A stretch of 64,000 nt of DNA, from assembly GCA_051362555.1 (NCBI GenBank), contig CM120641.1:25426401-25490400 (forward strand), written 5' to 3'. Under the pieces are notes generated by a model that had not been told where the DNA came from, did not search any database, and worked only from the letters and a program-made list of their open reading frames with translations. Source of the stretch: Lingula anatina (lineage: Eukaryota; Animalia; Brachiopoda). The position numbers were made by a program, and so were the translations under genes. Shown here piece by piece: positions 39,984-53,800 of the stretch; positions within the stretch are counted from its first letter, which is position 1; each line of letters begins with the position of its first letter.

Positions 39984-42900
39984 ATGCCGACAGTGGCACT
40001 TGAGCGGGACCTACTTTATGAGAGGTTGGGGCAAAGCTACAGTAAGTATTGTGAAAATGTCTGGTTGCCAATGGGCTATGAGAAGTCAATTACGTGTTCA
40101 ACCCTTGTACGACGATCACTCGATCAGCAGTCATTTTCATATGGCCACTACCTATACATGGCATTAGACTGTAAACTATTAGAATAGCCACGCTGTGGAG
40201 TAATTTCCATTTAACAGATTTTTATCATATTATATTCAATATGCTATTATTTTGTAAATATAAATATATTTTTCCAACACACTTTGTTGTATTGGTGGCT
40301 GCTGTCAATTAATTCCACTTCAATTTGATCAATTTAGGGGCAAGCGGAGGCATTACCTCAATATTGCATCATTTATCAGAATTTGTCAACTATCGCACAG
40401 AAATAACTTAATGTTTTATTTTTCAGCTGAAGCAGAATTTGATGAGCTATGTTTTGAGTTTGGTCTTGAGCTGGATGAAGTGGTAATCTTTCTTCCTCAA
40501 TTGACATTGATATATTTACACACCTTTATTAATTAATTATTTATTATTTGCTAATTTGGTATTTGGTTATTTACCTATTTATCCAGAAAGTGTCACTTTT
40601 TAAAAGTCACTTTTAAAGTTATCTCAGTTTATCAGCCTCAGGATCAAGATATTCTCGTAGCCTAAAGACTACATGTTTGAATACTGTAGGAATGAAAGAA
40701 AAAGTAAATTTAACACAAAGAATGAAAGAAAATGTTTTTGTTTATTGGTAATTAAAATATATTTTTCTGTTATTTTAAGACATCAGAGAATGCACTGATA
40801 GCTAAAGAACAGGGAGCTGACAAAGCTGGTACTGGATCAGACAAAGTGATCTATAAAATCGAAATTCCTGCAAATAGGCAAGTGTTATTATGATTATTAT
40901 TACTATTATTATTATTATTATATTTTCAAGAATAGCAAAAGTTGTTCTTACCTGTAAAACTAAAAATCATTGACTAATTTGACTCGGGCAATTGGTAGTA
41001 GCTTTAAAAAAAGTACGAAAAAGCTAGTAAGTATTTTAGACCTGTAAGAACAATTATTTCACTTTTTTGCGTGCGTGTGTGTGTGTGTATGTGTGTGTGT
41101 GTGTGTGTGTGTGAGTGAGTGAGAGAGAGAGAAAGTAACTGGACCCAGATGTAAATATAGTAATATTGGAATTAAATGTTGATAAGAATTGGTTATCAAT
41201 GGCATGGGTACAAGAACAATCATCAGTATAAAACATTAATGGAATTCAACATTGTGCAAACTTAAGAACAGTCAGTAACATTACTTTTTTTTTTTTTTTT
41301 TGACAGTTAGGCAGTTGAAGTCTCTGTGTTCAGCATATTATTACATATATTTGTAAAAGTATAAGTTTGGAATTGGTTTATAACTTTAATGTCTTTTTTT
41401 TTTCACTCAGATATGACTTGCTCTGTGTTGAAGGACTCGTCAGGGGTTTACTTGTTTTTAAAGAAAAGTAAGTAAAATTGTGAGGAATATAAGAGAAAAT
41501 GTTTTAAGGTGTGACTTACATGTGCATACTTTTGAACTATTTACAAAAATTAGTTGTAAAGTAATGTGTTTGATCCTATATAATTTTTGCAAAATTAATT
41601 GATCTTACTGAATACCAAGTCTACAATCGCTCAAATCTGTCAAATGCATTCCCTGCCTTTATTTCAGAATGGCTTGCCCAGTGTACAAAAAGATCCCTCC
41701 GACAGAGGGCAGCACTATGCAGGAGCTGACAATCAGACCTAGTGTATGTTGAAGCTATATACATAGAACCTTTATGTGTTTAGAAGGTATTCTGAAATAT
41801 ACAGGTATCTTGACCAGGGTGATAGTGTTGAAAATAACATTGTAAAATTTTAAAACAACATATTCCGGCAACATCTTCAAGCAACAAACAATTCACTTAA
41901 GACCAACATAAGTGTGATATTCTTTTAATTTCTGTTTTAGACAGCTGCTATAAGACCACACTGCGTTGCAGCAGTTCTTAGAAATATCACTTTTACTGAG
42001 GTGGGTCTGAAATACATTTAAGAAAGTTTCTACTAAGTTACCAAAAAGATTAAAAGGGAAAACATTTATAAAAGAAGAAATGCATAAAGATTATACTTAG
42101 AGATAAGATTTAAATTTAGTGTACTTTTTGAGTTAAAGATTGTTTAAGATTAAGTTCATGAACATTTACTTATTATATTTTTATGGTTTATTCAAGTAAT
42201 TAATTGAAGATAATTACAATTTTTATTATGATCCTATTTGTGAAGTATTTGAAGTTTATACTGTTGGCATGACATTTAAGTATTGTAATATAATTATCTA
42301 AAAAAGAAATTGTTAATAAGCACAAGACATGAATAATGAAGGAATACATGTAAATGTCTTTTAAATAATTATTTCAGGCCAGTTATAAAAATTTCATAGA
42401 TCTTCAAGATAAATTACATCAAAATATATGCAGGTATGTGGGTTGTAATTTCACTGTGTACAAACTTTTCAATTTTACTTAAAAGTCAGCAAAATAAAAT
42501 CAAAATTGATAAATGTTGAGATTTGTGTAGGTAATTTTGCTGCAAATGTTTGTGACCATAATCAGTACATCATTAGTTGTGAATATGCACATCGAATAGC
42601 TTAATTTGTAAACAGTTAATGCATTGCAATTTTTTCTTTTTTTTAGAAAAAGATCATTAGTGGCTATAGGAACTCATGACCTGGACACAATAGAGGGCCC
42701 TTTTGTATATGATGCTCTACCTCCTGAAGACATCAAGTTCAAGCCTCTCAATCAGACGAAGGAGTATACTGCAGTAGAACTCATGGAGCTTTATTCAGTG
42801 AGTAGATTCACTGTCCTAAATATCCCCCAAAAGATTCAAATATTCAGGATGCTTTTTAAGTGGTCCCTTACTGTGCACTTTGCATTTTCTTTGTAGTTTA

Positions 42901-45411
42901 CCATGGTAACATATTTTGTATCGTTTATTAAAATAACTTGTGTTGTCAGTGATATCATAGAATTTTTTTATTGAATTTTTTTTCATTGGATTATTTTAAC
43001 ATTTGAATTTTTTAACATTGGATTATTTTGCAGTTTGAGTTAGCTATGATTAGTTAACTTACAGACAGTAACTGGAGTAATTTTTAATTTCAGACAGACA
43101 GCCATCTAAAGCACTATCTGCATATCATTAAAGATAGCCCTGTCTACCCAGTCATTTTTGACAAAAACAATGTAGTTTTATCTATGCCGCCAATAATAAA
43201 TGGTATGTTAGATATTGATTTGAGAATTCTCAAAATAGTCAGGTTGAAAACTTTGATGTGTTATTACATCATAAGTATACAAATGGGAGTTTGAAAGGAA
43301 AATGTTTTAAATTGATATTCATAGCTCCTATAAAGAGTATTTTCTCAAAGATTGTGATAATAATTATTATTTTGTGTGTGTGTGTATATATTTAAATACT
43401 TAATTTTTTTACAAAATTGTTAACTTATTTAATAACAATAATGACAATAATAATAATTAACTTTATTTAAAGAGGTAAAACATGTTAAGTGTATACACTA
43501 AGTATTAAATTATTTACTTCTTTGTTAAGGTGAGCATTCAAAGATTACACTGTCCACTAAGAATGTGTTCATAGAGTGTACAGCCACTGACCTGACCAAG
43601 GCCAAGGTCGTCCTGGACACGATAGTGACCATGTTCAGTGAATACTGCCAGGATCAGTTCACGTAAGTGGGTTCTGTGGTATTCTGTGTAAGTTTCAGAT
43701 AAGGAAAGCATATAGTAGAGATTGTGTATTTTAATCTTGTGGTAAATGTTGCAAGAATCAGTTTACGAAAAGTAAGATAAGGATGTTTTTTTGCAGATTT
43801 TTTTCTAAAGATGTAGAGGTTATTCTCTGTAAAGTTTTTAGAGAGTATGTATTAAATATTCAATATGTACTGTGAGGACCAGTTGATGTGGGTTGGTTCT
43901 AGATAATATGTACACATATTTTCACAAGTCTTGAAGGTTACTGAACTCTCAAACTTTTTCAGAAATTATGTGTTATCAGTGTTAAGTGTGTTCATTAATG
44001 ACTGAGTGGTGCGCAAAATCAGCTGAAGAATAATTAATTTGGAGGAAATTACTTTAATATGGAAGATTTAAAGTGTAAGTGTTTGTGTAAAAATATGCAC
44101 AATTTTTATTATTCAGGGTTGAGCCAGCCAAAGTAATCCAAACAGATGGAAGTGAAGTCGTGTATCCTGTGAGTAAAATATAAAAAAGGCGTTCAAAGTC
44201 ATAAGGAAGGAAGAATTTTCGCAATTTTTTTTAGTCACAGTAAATGAAATCTCTGAAGTTACAGATAAAGATATCAAGCATTTCTGTAGTGTCTTTTGTA
44301 AGTTTAAAGCAATATGCAAATGGAATTTTTAGTCTAGTTTGATTTCAATACATATTTCATTTCACATCTTCATGTGCAATAAACCATGAAAATGTAGCAT
44401 GAAGTCACCATTGTACGCTTGCTTCTGTTTTTTAAGTATTTTGTAACTTTTCTTTCAGGATCTGAATTACAGACATGAGGTTGTGGAGGTGGCAGATATT
44501 AACAAGAAATTGGGAATAAAGTGAGTTGTGTTCCCTGTCCATACATGTTGATTTTCTATTGCTGGTAGAAAAAACTTATCAGATATATAAGTTCCTTTTT
44601 TATATAAAATATTATTTTACTGATTTTCCAAAATGGAAAATCTTAATAATAAAATGCATTATCACAGATTTAAGAAATCCATAAAGATAACATTTTTGAC
44701 ACTGGAAACATTGTTTAACTCCCTGCACTTTTTCTTTTCAAAAAGTCTATACTTATCTTTTGACATACGTTAATATTGATGGTTGTATTTTGATTATTCC
44801 TGCTATCCTCCCCAGAATCAAGGCAGATGCCATGGCCAGTCTGTTGACCAGAATGTGCCTCAAGTCCAAAGCCATTGAGAAAGGAGCCCGCCTCATAGTG
44901 GAGATCCCACCCACCAGAGCAGATATCCTTTGGATTCAAATCTTTTGAAAATTCAAGATTTTTCATATTAAAAAAATCATATTTATTTACTTATTTGTTT
45001 AATTATTTATTTATTTTTGTTTTCTCCATCATACACTGGATTAAATTCAGTTATTCCTTACTTAATCACAGATTAATTTACGAAAATTGATACATTGATT
45101 TATTGAAAAAAAGGGTCCTTTTCTAAAGACAGCATATTGTTTTAAGGAACTTTTTTTAACTACACTAACATTTTTATCCTTAACCTTTTTCCACATGTCA
45201 TACATGCCTGTGATATTGTGGAGGATGTGGCTATAGCTTACGGGTATAACAATATTAAGATGACTATTCCAAAAACCAACTGTATTAGTCAACAGGTAAT
45301 TATGTTCTTTTTATCATTTAATAAGATCCTAAGATTTTCTTTAAAAGAATGTTTTTAATGGTAAGTGTAAGTTTTGTCTGTACCCGAGGTTTTTTTTTTT
45401 TCTTTTTTTTT

Positions 45412-45445
<34 letters not shown>

Positions 45446-47186
45446 AAATAGAGTCATTATTTAACAAAATGATGGTTTTTCTTTCAGTTCCCGTTGAACA
45501 AACTGACGGATTTATTACGACCAGAAATTGCGGCTGCAGGGTTCACTGAGGCACTGACCTTTTCATTGGTAAGAACTGGACTTTCAAAAATAAAACTGCG
45601 CTGATACCAAAATCTGTTTAAGTGAAGAAGTTAAGTCCTTCTCTGCTTATGTTTTTAAAATGAAAATCAAAGTGTGTCTGTAACACTTCACAAAAGGGAG
45701 TGTGCAATTCATAAAATCCATGTCAAAAATAGTAATAAGTAAAATTTTCAAAGGAATGAAGTTTTTTTCACTAATTAAATTCGATCAACTTTGTTAAATT
45801 TAACAGAATTTTTTCCCTTATTTCAGTGCTCAAAGGATGACATATCAGACAGGTTACGGAAGGACATCTCTACAATAAGAGCTGCTCACATTGCCAACCC
45901 TAAAACTTTAGACTTTCAGGTAATGAGATTTTGAAGTATTTCGAATGCTAATCAAGACATTTAATAATTCACCTTTAGGAATGTTTATTCCTGTGGTAGA
46001 TTTAATGCATTTGATGGTCTAAGGCTAACCATATAAAAGATGTTTGCTGTTTACTTGTAGGTTGCCAGAACAATGTTACTGCCTGGGATTTTGAGGACGG
46101 TGGCCTCCAACAGGAAAATGCCGCTTCCCCTCAAGTTGTTTGAGATTTCAGATGTAGTTTTCAAAGATGACACTACAGGTAAAATAAATTATAAGCATCA
46201 GGAGGTTATCAAAATTTTGCAGTGCAAGTAATATTTCTATCATCTTGTTTTAATTGTTCAATGTTAATGGCACATTTAGAATATGTATGTTACTGATGCT
46301 GTTTAGAATTTCCTTTGGGGAAAATCTTCAAACAGAAGTGAACTCAGGATTCTTAGATCCCAAGTTCATTTATTAGTTGTTTTTTTTTACTGTGACCATG
46401 TAGATAAACCCTTTTTGTTGTTGTTCTAAAAATCTAACATGAAGGTTGGTACTGGCCCCTGCAGAAAAGAAAGTTTTTTCAAAAACTGGCATAAAAGATA
46501 TAAAACTATATCTGATGAAAGTCTTATTGATTCTTAAAATGTATTTTATTGTTAAGTCTTTCAAATATAGTTGGATTTTAGACTTAGATATTATTATTAT
46601 GATCACTATTGTTGTTTTGTTCTAAGACACCGGAACTCGCAACAGACGACACTTCTGTGCCATTCATTACAATAAGTTCCCTGGGTTTGAGATCATCCAA
46701 GGGCTGCTGGACCGTACAATGCAGCTACTAGAAGTTTCTCCTGGCAAAGGAGACACACAGTACTACATCAGAGCCGCAGACGGTATGAAAGTTTGAATTT
46801 AAAGAGATAGAATTGTACAACGGCATGTTTTTGATATGAGGAAGAATTTGTTTTGAGTCCTGAATTTTTTTTTCATCTCTATTGTTACTTTTAAAACCCT
46901 TAAACCCTTGTTCTTTCATAGTATGATAAGTTGATAAAAAAAAGTGCATAACAACTTACATTGTAAGAAGATAAAAAAATGTTAAACTGTGGCTTTCTGT
47001 TGACTCCTGTCTGATACTAGCACCTATATTTCAGATCCCACCTTCTTCCCTGGCCGCTGTGCTGAGGTGATTGCCCTAGGAAAGTGTGTGGGGGTCCTGG
47101 GGGTCCTCCATCCTGAAGTCATTGCCAAATTTGACCTCAACATGCCCTGTGCTGCCATGGAGATTGATCTGGAAGCTTTCCTTTAA
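39984..47186 (+). CDS. FARSB: Cytosolic phenylalanyl-tRNA synthetase beta subunit, ~19 exons
   Basis: Exons 39984-40041, 40427-40482, 40780-40877, 41411-41467, 41668-41743, 41941-42000, 42378-42433, 42647-42797, 43094-43202, 43530-43642, 44118-44168, 44459-44520, 44816-44922, 45195-45295, 45488-45568, 45827-45919, 46061-46178, 46627-46782 and 47035-47186. Motifs [59 protein letters not shown] and GVLHPEVI. Confidence 0.97.
40878..41410 (+). other. GC-AG intron in FARSB
   Basis: Donor AG|GCAAGT and acceptor tcag. Splicing restores the conserved PANR-YDLLC. Confidence 0.9.
41075..41132. repeat. (GT)n/(GA)n compound microsatellite
   Basis: Direct reading. Confidence 0.95.
44923..45194 (+). other. 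U12-type AT-AC intron in FARSB
   Basis: 5' site ATATCCTTT, branch site TCCTTAAC at 45177-45184, 3' site CCAC|. Splicing gives PPTRA-D-VIHACD. Confidence 0.93.
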
Positions 47187-49299
47187 TTTAGAATATTGTT
47201 GCAGTAATATTGCTTTCATCCCAGAACTATGAACTGGAAGCTTTCCTTTTAGTTGAAACTCTGTTGCAATAAGGCTCTGGGAACTTTGTCAAATGAACCA
47301 GATACTTTCAAATATTCACGATTATCACTGAATGAGCTGGAAATCATTGTCTGTAATGTCTCAATATACAAACCAAGTATAGAAATATTTGGATTAAAAA
47401 AAAGAGAGATATCATCTGAAATCACCATTGCTGTGTGAAGTTTTTTCTTCTTTGTATTTTCAATATTGTGACTTGATATTCTTTAATATAAATCAATATG
47501 ATATGTCGCTTATGTATTCCATTAAGTTGACTGGCGATCACCCGCTTGTTTAAGTTCTGGTGAAGACGTATCTAACTCTATGGTAGTATTGGTTTCTCGG
47601 AGAGAGAACAGTTAATGTCACACCCACACACAAACATTGGATATACGGTAGGAAAGGAGTTCAAATACATTGTAATGAAAGTGATGCGTTGCGACTCCGC
47701 ATAAGAGGACTATGTAGATAATTAAGATGATGAAATCATGTCTTTGAATCGTTTCAAAATTGTATTATTAAAGACGAAAATATAACATTTAGGTCGTTTT
47801 GAATTTCTACTTCAAAGAAAAATCGGAAAACTTATTTTCTGGTTCGCTCTGAGCCAGAAGCTTGGACCTGAGCGACCAAGGATCACAATGCACTAATTGT
47901 TCTAAATCTCCAGTAAAAACACGAAATTGTGATAGCGGAGAAGCTACTAAAACCTTCTTTCCCCCCAAGTTGCGCTATTCTTGAATCAGTTGTGATTCTA
48001 GAGGCCAAGGGTGGAGTTCACGCTGATTGTAGAAGTTCAATTTTCCCGATCTTACCTGACTCCTTAAAGTTTTGAAGCCGATCGCAAAAATTGTACACCT
48101 TCCAAGCTTTTATCTCATGTTGCTGGTAAAAGACTTGTAACGTAAAAATCGTTTAGTTTTGGTTGTGATCACATGAAATGTTTTCTTAATTCTGCAGAAT
48201 GATTTTGCCATGAAATGGAGAAGAAATATAAAGAATTTATTTCATTCCTTAACTGACTATATCACATCTAAAATGATCGTAATTGGTTTCCTCGACAAAT
48301 TAAGGTTCGCTGTTGTTGTTAAGTCCCCCCTCCTTAAGAAAACATGATTTGAACACATCATTTATTTACTTTCCATTTATTAAAAAAAGATATGCATCAC
48401 TTCTTTGTCGCTCCCTATTTCTGAAGAAATCTGATTCTTGATGGGCCTTTTCAAGACCACTCAATGAGAGAAATAGCAGGATTGTTATTTTATAGTGTTT
48501 TCGCCCTGGCACGAACCCTTGTGCGTCTCAGCGGACAGCAACCTCGCATCCTTTTGTGATTTCTGTAACATAATACCAACTAGTGTAATGAGCGATGGGA
48601 ACATTAGTAGTTAGGTTACGAACCCATTAGATGGGTTGTAATAGCCATTGACCATTTGATCTCCCCCACTGTCCCGTCATTATCAAGAATTCATCACCAA
48701 CAATATGTATTGAAGTCTTGGCGTGCCCCCGCTACCTTCCGTTAAAACACCAGACCCTCTACGTTGTGGTAAGTTTATATATTTATTTCATTGCAAATAT
48801 TAATTAAACACCATGGAATCAAATTTTGTCGATGGCCATAATGGGAGAACACTGCATCTATGACTTTTTTCTTGCCTGTAGGAACTGGATCCCTATGTAA
48901 ACCATTATTTTTACAAACCAACCAACAAAAAGAGCTAATATAAGGTGTGCGTGTGCGCTAAGAATAAGTAAGTGGTCAGTATCATGGGTTATGTGCAGGC
49001 ATAATGCCGTAGACAAAAAGGCAGATACGAAATTATATGCCGTTTATTACTTAAAAGCCATACCTAGATATCTATTCACAATCGTTTTGCTCGATTGCAA
49101 TAAATAAATGAAAAAAGACAATGAGTGACATTTCTAAGTGAGGAAATACTTTGTAAAAACGCAGTGACACAAGAACGTTTTCTGAAACACAATGTGTGCT
49201 GCGGGCCGTAAAGATGTTACCATACCGCAAAGCAGACATAGGTTAAAACCATAATGTCTATAACTGATATGTTCTGCTGATTTCAGAAATTATTCATGT

Positions 49300-49810
49300 G
49301 ACACGTTTTCATTTTCATATCGCGTGAATTGGGCCTACTGATCAACGACATCATGATTTTTCCGAGCGCCATTTGCACGTCAGTGAATAAATAAATTGCG
49401 GGCATTGTGATTAGGGACTGGTTAGGTCCATGTTCGAGTCTAGGCACTGGTCATACGAGGCGAATTTACCGCTCAAGGCTGCCGTGGAACCAGCAGGCCT
49501 CTGGTGCATGTTATATGTGTACACATCTATATTTATATTTATATATGCATATATATAGTCTGCGTCCGGTCTAGCTTTCCGTCGGCATAACCTCTTCAAA
49601 GGGAAATGTGAATAGTGAACTGGTAGTTTGTCTCTCTGGTGCCACTTGCGTTGGTCAACCCGATGTGTGGAGTTACATTTTTAGCACACTTGGTCGGACA
49701 CTGTGGACACTGAGTTGTGCGACATGCTGCGTAAATTTGTGTCGCCACTTCCTGTGAGCGCGCACAACTACCAGGGAGATTTTTACTATATCAGCGTCTA
49801 CAGACGTTAG
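49300..49810 (+). promoter_or_regulatory. Candidate promoter and non-coding first exon of the MCT gene
   Basis: CpG-rich island with a TA-rich box at ~49530-49557. Donor-like AG|GTAGGT at 49810/49811. The MCT ATG exon has an acceptor only 13 nt before the ATG, so an upstream exon is expected. Confidence 0.4.
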
Positions 49811-50813
49811 GTAGGTTTATTTTTAAACAGCGTTAAGCGTTGCATTTCCTCAGACCTCTTCTTTAATTCGAATTACATATATTTTTTTTCTTCTTCCCTC
49901 TTATACATTGTCTTCACCTGCATAACACGTGAAAAAGTGGATTTAAAAAATTGAGCATTTTTAAGCTATTTTTAGGACAATCGATGCGTAACAGTAATTA
50001 AGATGCTACGCACCACTTACACTAGCTTAGTTCTTTTTTACTATCCTGGATATTGAGGGCCATCGATCCTGTGGCTAACCGCTGCAGTTATCGTCCGGCC
50101 AAATGGTATTTTTGAGGAGTTGTTATTTTTTTCTATCTGGGTGTAAATGTTTAAACGTGTGCATGCGGGTGTACAAAACAATCAGTGTCGTCGTGCAGAT
50201 AGGTTATTTTAAAACCCTGATAGATCTGCACTGTCCTCAAATGAGATTAAAATGAAACGACTAAAAGAATAACTTAAAATCAGAGGCAACATAGTAGGAA
50301 AATAAGGACAACCACGGAAATATCTGTAAGTAACTACAACTGCTGAATAAGTGAAAAAGACATGAGACCCTGGTAGAGGGTTGGCAATAACTGCGTTTGA
50401 GTGTATATGTCAAGATGAGTCGTGCATCTCGACAAGCAGTGCGTACCGTGTTTTGCATATTGTTTCAGGGCTGCTTTCACTAGTCATGCAGAACACAATA
50501 TAAGCTGGTTTTGTTCCATTAATCATTTATCGTATATGCAGGTACACTGCGGTGTTATTCGAAGGTTAAGTCACATAAAATTGGTCATAAAACCTAGAGA
50601 AAGGCAGTGTAATATAGAAGAGACATCAAGCCATGATTAATATTTTTTTCAGTGTGACAACCGAAAGTGCCTTAATTTACACCTTTTTAGCATTTAATAT
50701 CCTGGGGTTTTAACTTAATTTTTTTTTAATATATAATTAAATGAATAACGCTACATGGTGTTTGGGACTATAAAACAGCGTATAATTAGCACATTTTACA
50801 CATTAAATAGCCT

Positions 50814-50860
<47 letters not shown>

Positions 50861-53800
50861 AAAATACTATTTTTTATTATAAATAAACAAGTGAATAACG
50901 CTACATGATGATTGGAGCTATAAAATGGCACCGATGCAAAAGGTAGCCACATAAAAGTAAGCATAAGATGCCAGCAGGTGGTTTGCTTTCAGTCTTGGAT
51001 AATGAATGCGAGGCGTGACCTTGGGCGAATAAAATGAATTGTATTCCCCTAAGTTGTGACAGCCGAAGCGCCCCGTAAGCCGGTCTCGTTGCCAGATCTA
51101 TGAAGCATTCATAAGCTCTTGCACTGCCCGTCACTGCCGCGTTGCTTGAACTTGGATATAACGATTCGTGCATGCAATTTTCAAGTATTGCTTGTTTTTA
51201 GTAGAATAAAAAACTTAACAAGAAACTTGCGTTGACTCAATGCCTTTTCAAAACGGCCATTTGGCTCTTAACTTGCATAGAAATGAGCGAAATTCATCAG
51301 AGACATAAGGGCAGCTGCCGTAAACTGAATGTCTAGTTTGGCAAGTGCAAGACTTAATGATTGTGGTCAACGGACTAAGCCAATGGTATAAATTTTGTGA
51401 CAAATAGGGGTAGCACTTTATTGCAATCAATTAACCACACGGCAACTGGTGTATAACAAGCACAAATTGAATAATGTAAATGAATAATTGCTGTATGATT
51501 GATGCGTCATGGCAGTCGGGCAAGATAATTAGAACTGGAAAAAAAGCTCTTGCTTCAACTATCTCATAATGATCGAATTTGTAGTAAACCAGGGTGTATT
51601 GGTGTTTGGTTTCGACAATAATTTTAATTTGGAGAGGCATTTTTAAATCAATCATGTAATTATTTAAGACTTTTGAATATTCCTTTGGTCAAAGTATATA
51701 CATGTAGCATAACGTAGAGGCCCATCTAGCCTGGCCATGGGTGTGTTGCATATGTACTCTAGCCTTCACTTCAAAGAAAGTTCACAATTTAGGAATGTGC
51801 TTAGGGCAGTCATTATTATTACTATTGTGAACCTTCGCCTTCTTTTCCCATTCTTTTGAGCCGTGCTCTCGCGGACGATGTCAATCACCATAGCATCAAC
51901 GCTCTACAAACTTCGATTGACTAGGATCAAATGCCAATGTGATCTTATTTAGTTAAACTGAGTCGGCGTCTTTTCACTTTTACAATGCCTTCTATCTTGT
52001 CTCTCAATCTTCCTTGGGGTGCAAGAAGGACTTTTTCCAGACAAATGATTGAAATGTTTACCCTATATCATAGAAAACATGTTCCAAATTGAGCAAATAT
52101 GCATGGTAACTTTAGAGATACAGAAAAGCGCGATATGTAGATAAAAACCAAAGAAAAGTCTTCGTTGTGATAAATTGCTAACACCTTTATCAATCATGAT
52201 GGATGCCGTCGAGAAACACAAAAGATAATGGAATATATTAGAAGTCATTTTACTCAATTTTGACAATCACCCGTCTCTACATGCAAGCACGAGTGCACAT
52301 GTTGGAACCCTAAATCAAAGTCCCATTTTTCTTTATTTTTAATTTCAGTGTCTTGTGACATAAGCGTGGTGTCAGGCAATGTTAGGTCTCATAATGGTGT
52401 AAAATGTTTCATCCGATATTCAAGCTAGAATCTTGAAAATTTTCAACCAAGGAAGCGACCGTGCATAGCTTGGGTATGAGGTCGTAAAATATAGTTTATA
52501 GAGGCTACGTTAACCGAGAGAGACGACAAAATACTTTTTTCCTCTCCAGTTTTACTATCAGACGTTCAATTCAAGCGACATGGTCTGCACGTGACGGGGC
52601 GCTGTTTACACAAAGCACGGGTTAGAAATCTGCGTTCAATGCACGAAGCCCCGTGTAAACAACATCTCACCTTTTTCCCAATAATAAAGAATCTAAGCTT
52701 TTAGCCATGAACCTAGCCATGAACCCTTATAAACAGAGGATAAGCCCACCCGGCCTCATAATGCAGAGTTAAACTTGTAACAGTAGAAGTTGAGTAAGTA
52801 AATCCCCACCCATGGAAATTCACAGTCAATACTCAATCTTGTAACAACGGAACAGCTGATTTTTATGTACACATCTTATCTTAGGAAGGGCGATGTGGTA
52901 AGGGGATGGAGGGATGGGGATTGTAGGAGAACCAGGTGCATATTATATGAAGTTGCAAGGTACACAAATTAGTACACTTTCATTATGTGGTGTAAGTTCT
53001 CTACCCTACTCAAATCATATATTTAGCTAAAATTAAATAAAAAAATATTAAAAAATAAAAATGCTGGAAATCGTAAAAAAGTAAATTGCAAAAAAATGCT
53101 ATTTTAATAACCATATTGATTGGACGACATGCGCGCGATACAACGACTTTGGGATCGATATTAAGTATGGTAAGAGAAAAACCATCCAAATTACTGCCTT
53201 TATGTACATGCTTTTTTTTACGATTAATGACCATCTTGTGTTCATTGGCTTGATCTTTGGCTTTGTGTTCTTTGAATATAAACGTGACATTTTACAAACG
53301 ATGTAATGATTGCGTTTCTTTGGGGCAAAAATTGCAAAATTGGAGTGTAGTACAAATGACAACCATGCCTATTTTTGAAATAAAATCTTGTTCAGGGGAA
53401 AAGTGACGTCCGCCACAGATTGCTATTTCACCTCAAAATGTAAAGAATCCGAGACACCCGTCCTAATACTTGGAAAACTCAATATCTGTAGGCAGCAGAT
53501 GCCCATACCGTATTCTGTTAGAGACAGAGGAATACCACTAGCAGAACCCTGAGACTCAGGGTGCTGGTACATGTACATCTATTAATTGAATTTTAATGGG
53601 AACGACCTGCACGGTGGATATACAACACATTTAATGGCATCAGTGGTGAAACATTGGGCAATTACACTGAAAGGTTGTGTGGCAATTCATTAAGGTAGGC
53701 CTACGTACGTCTCCGTGCTGTGAGGACATGAAAAACAATCCCTCTGTCGAGAGCACGATGTTTCTCGCCCGATATCTGTCAAGCTGCATCGTGCACATTG

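Noticed and set aside
44162-44170. GTATCCTGT as a second U12 donor in FARSB
   Set aside because: It is coding (V-Y-P) followed by a canonical GTGAGT donor that keeps frame with the next exon.
48470-48770. Possible reverse-oriented SINE fragment
   Set aside because: Single occurrence in the window; no clear A/B boxes or TSD without a database search.
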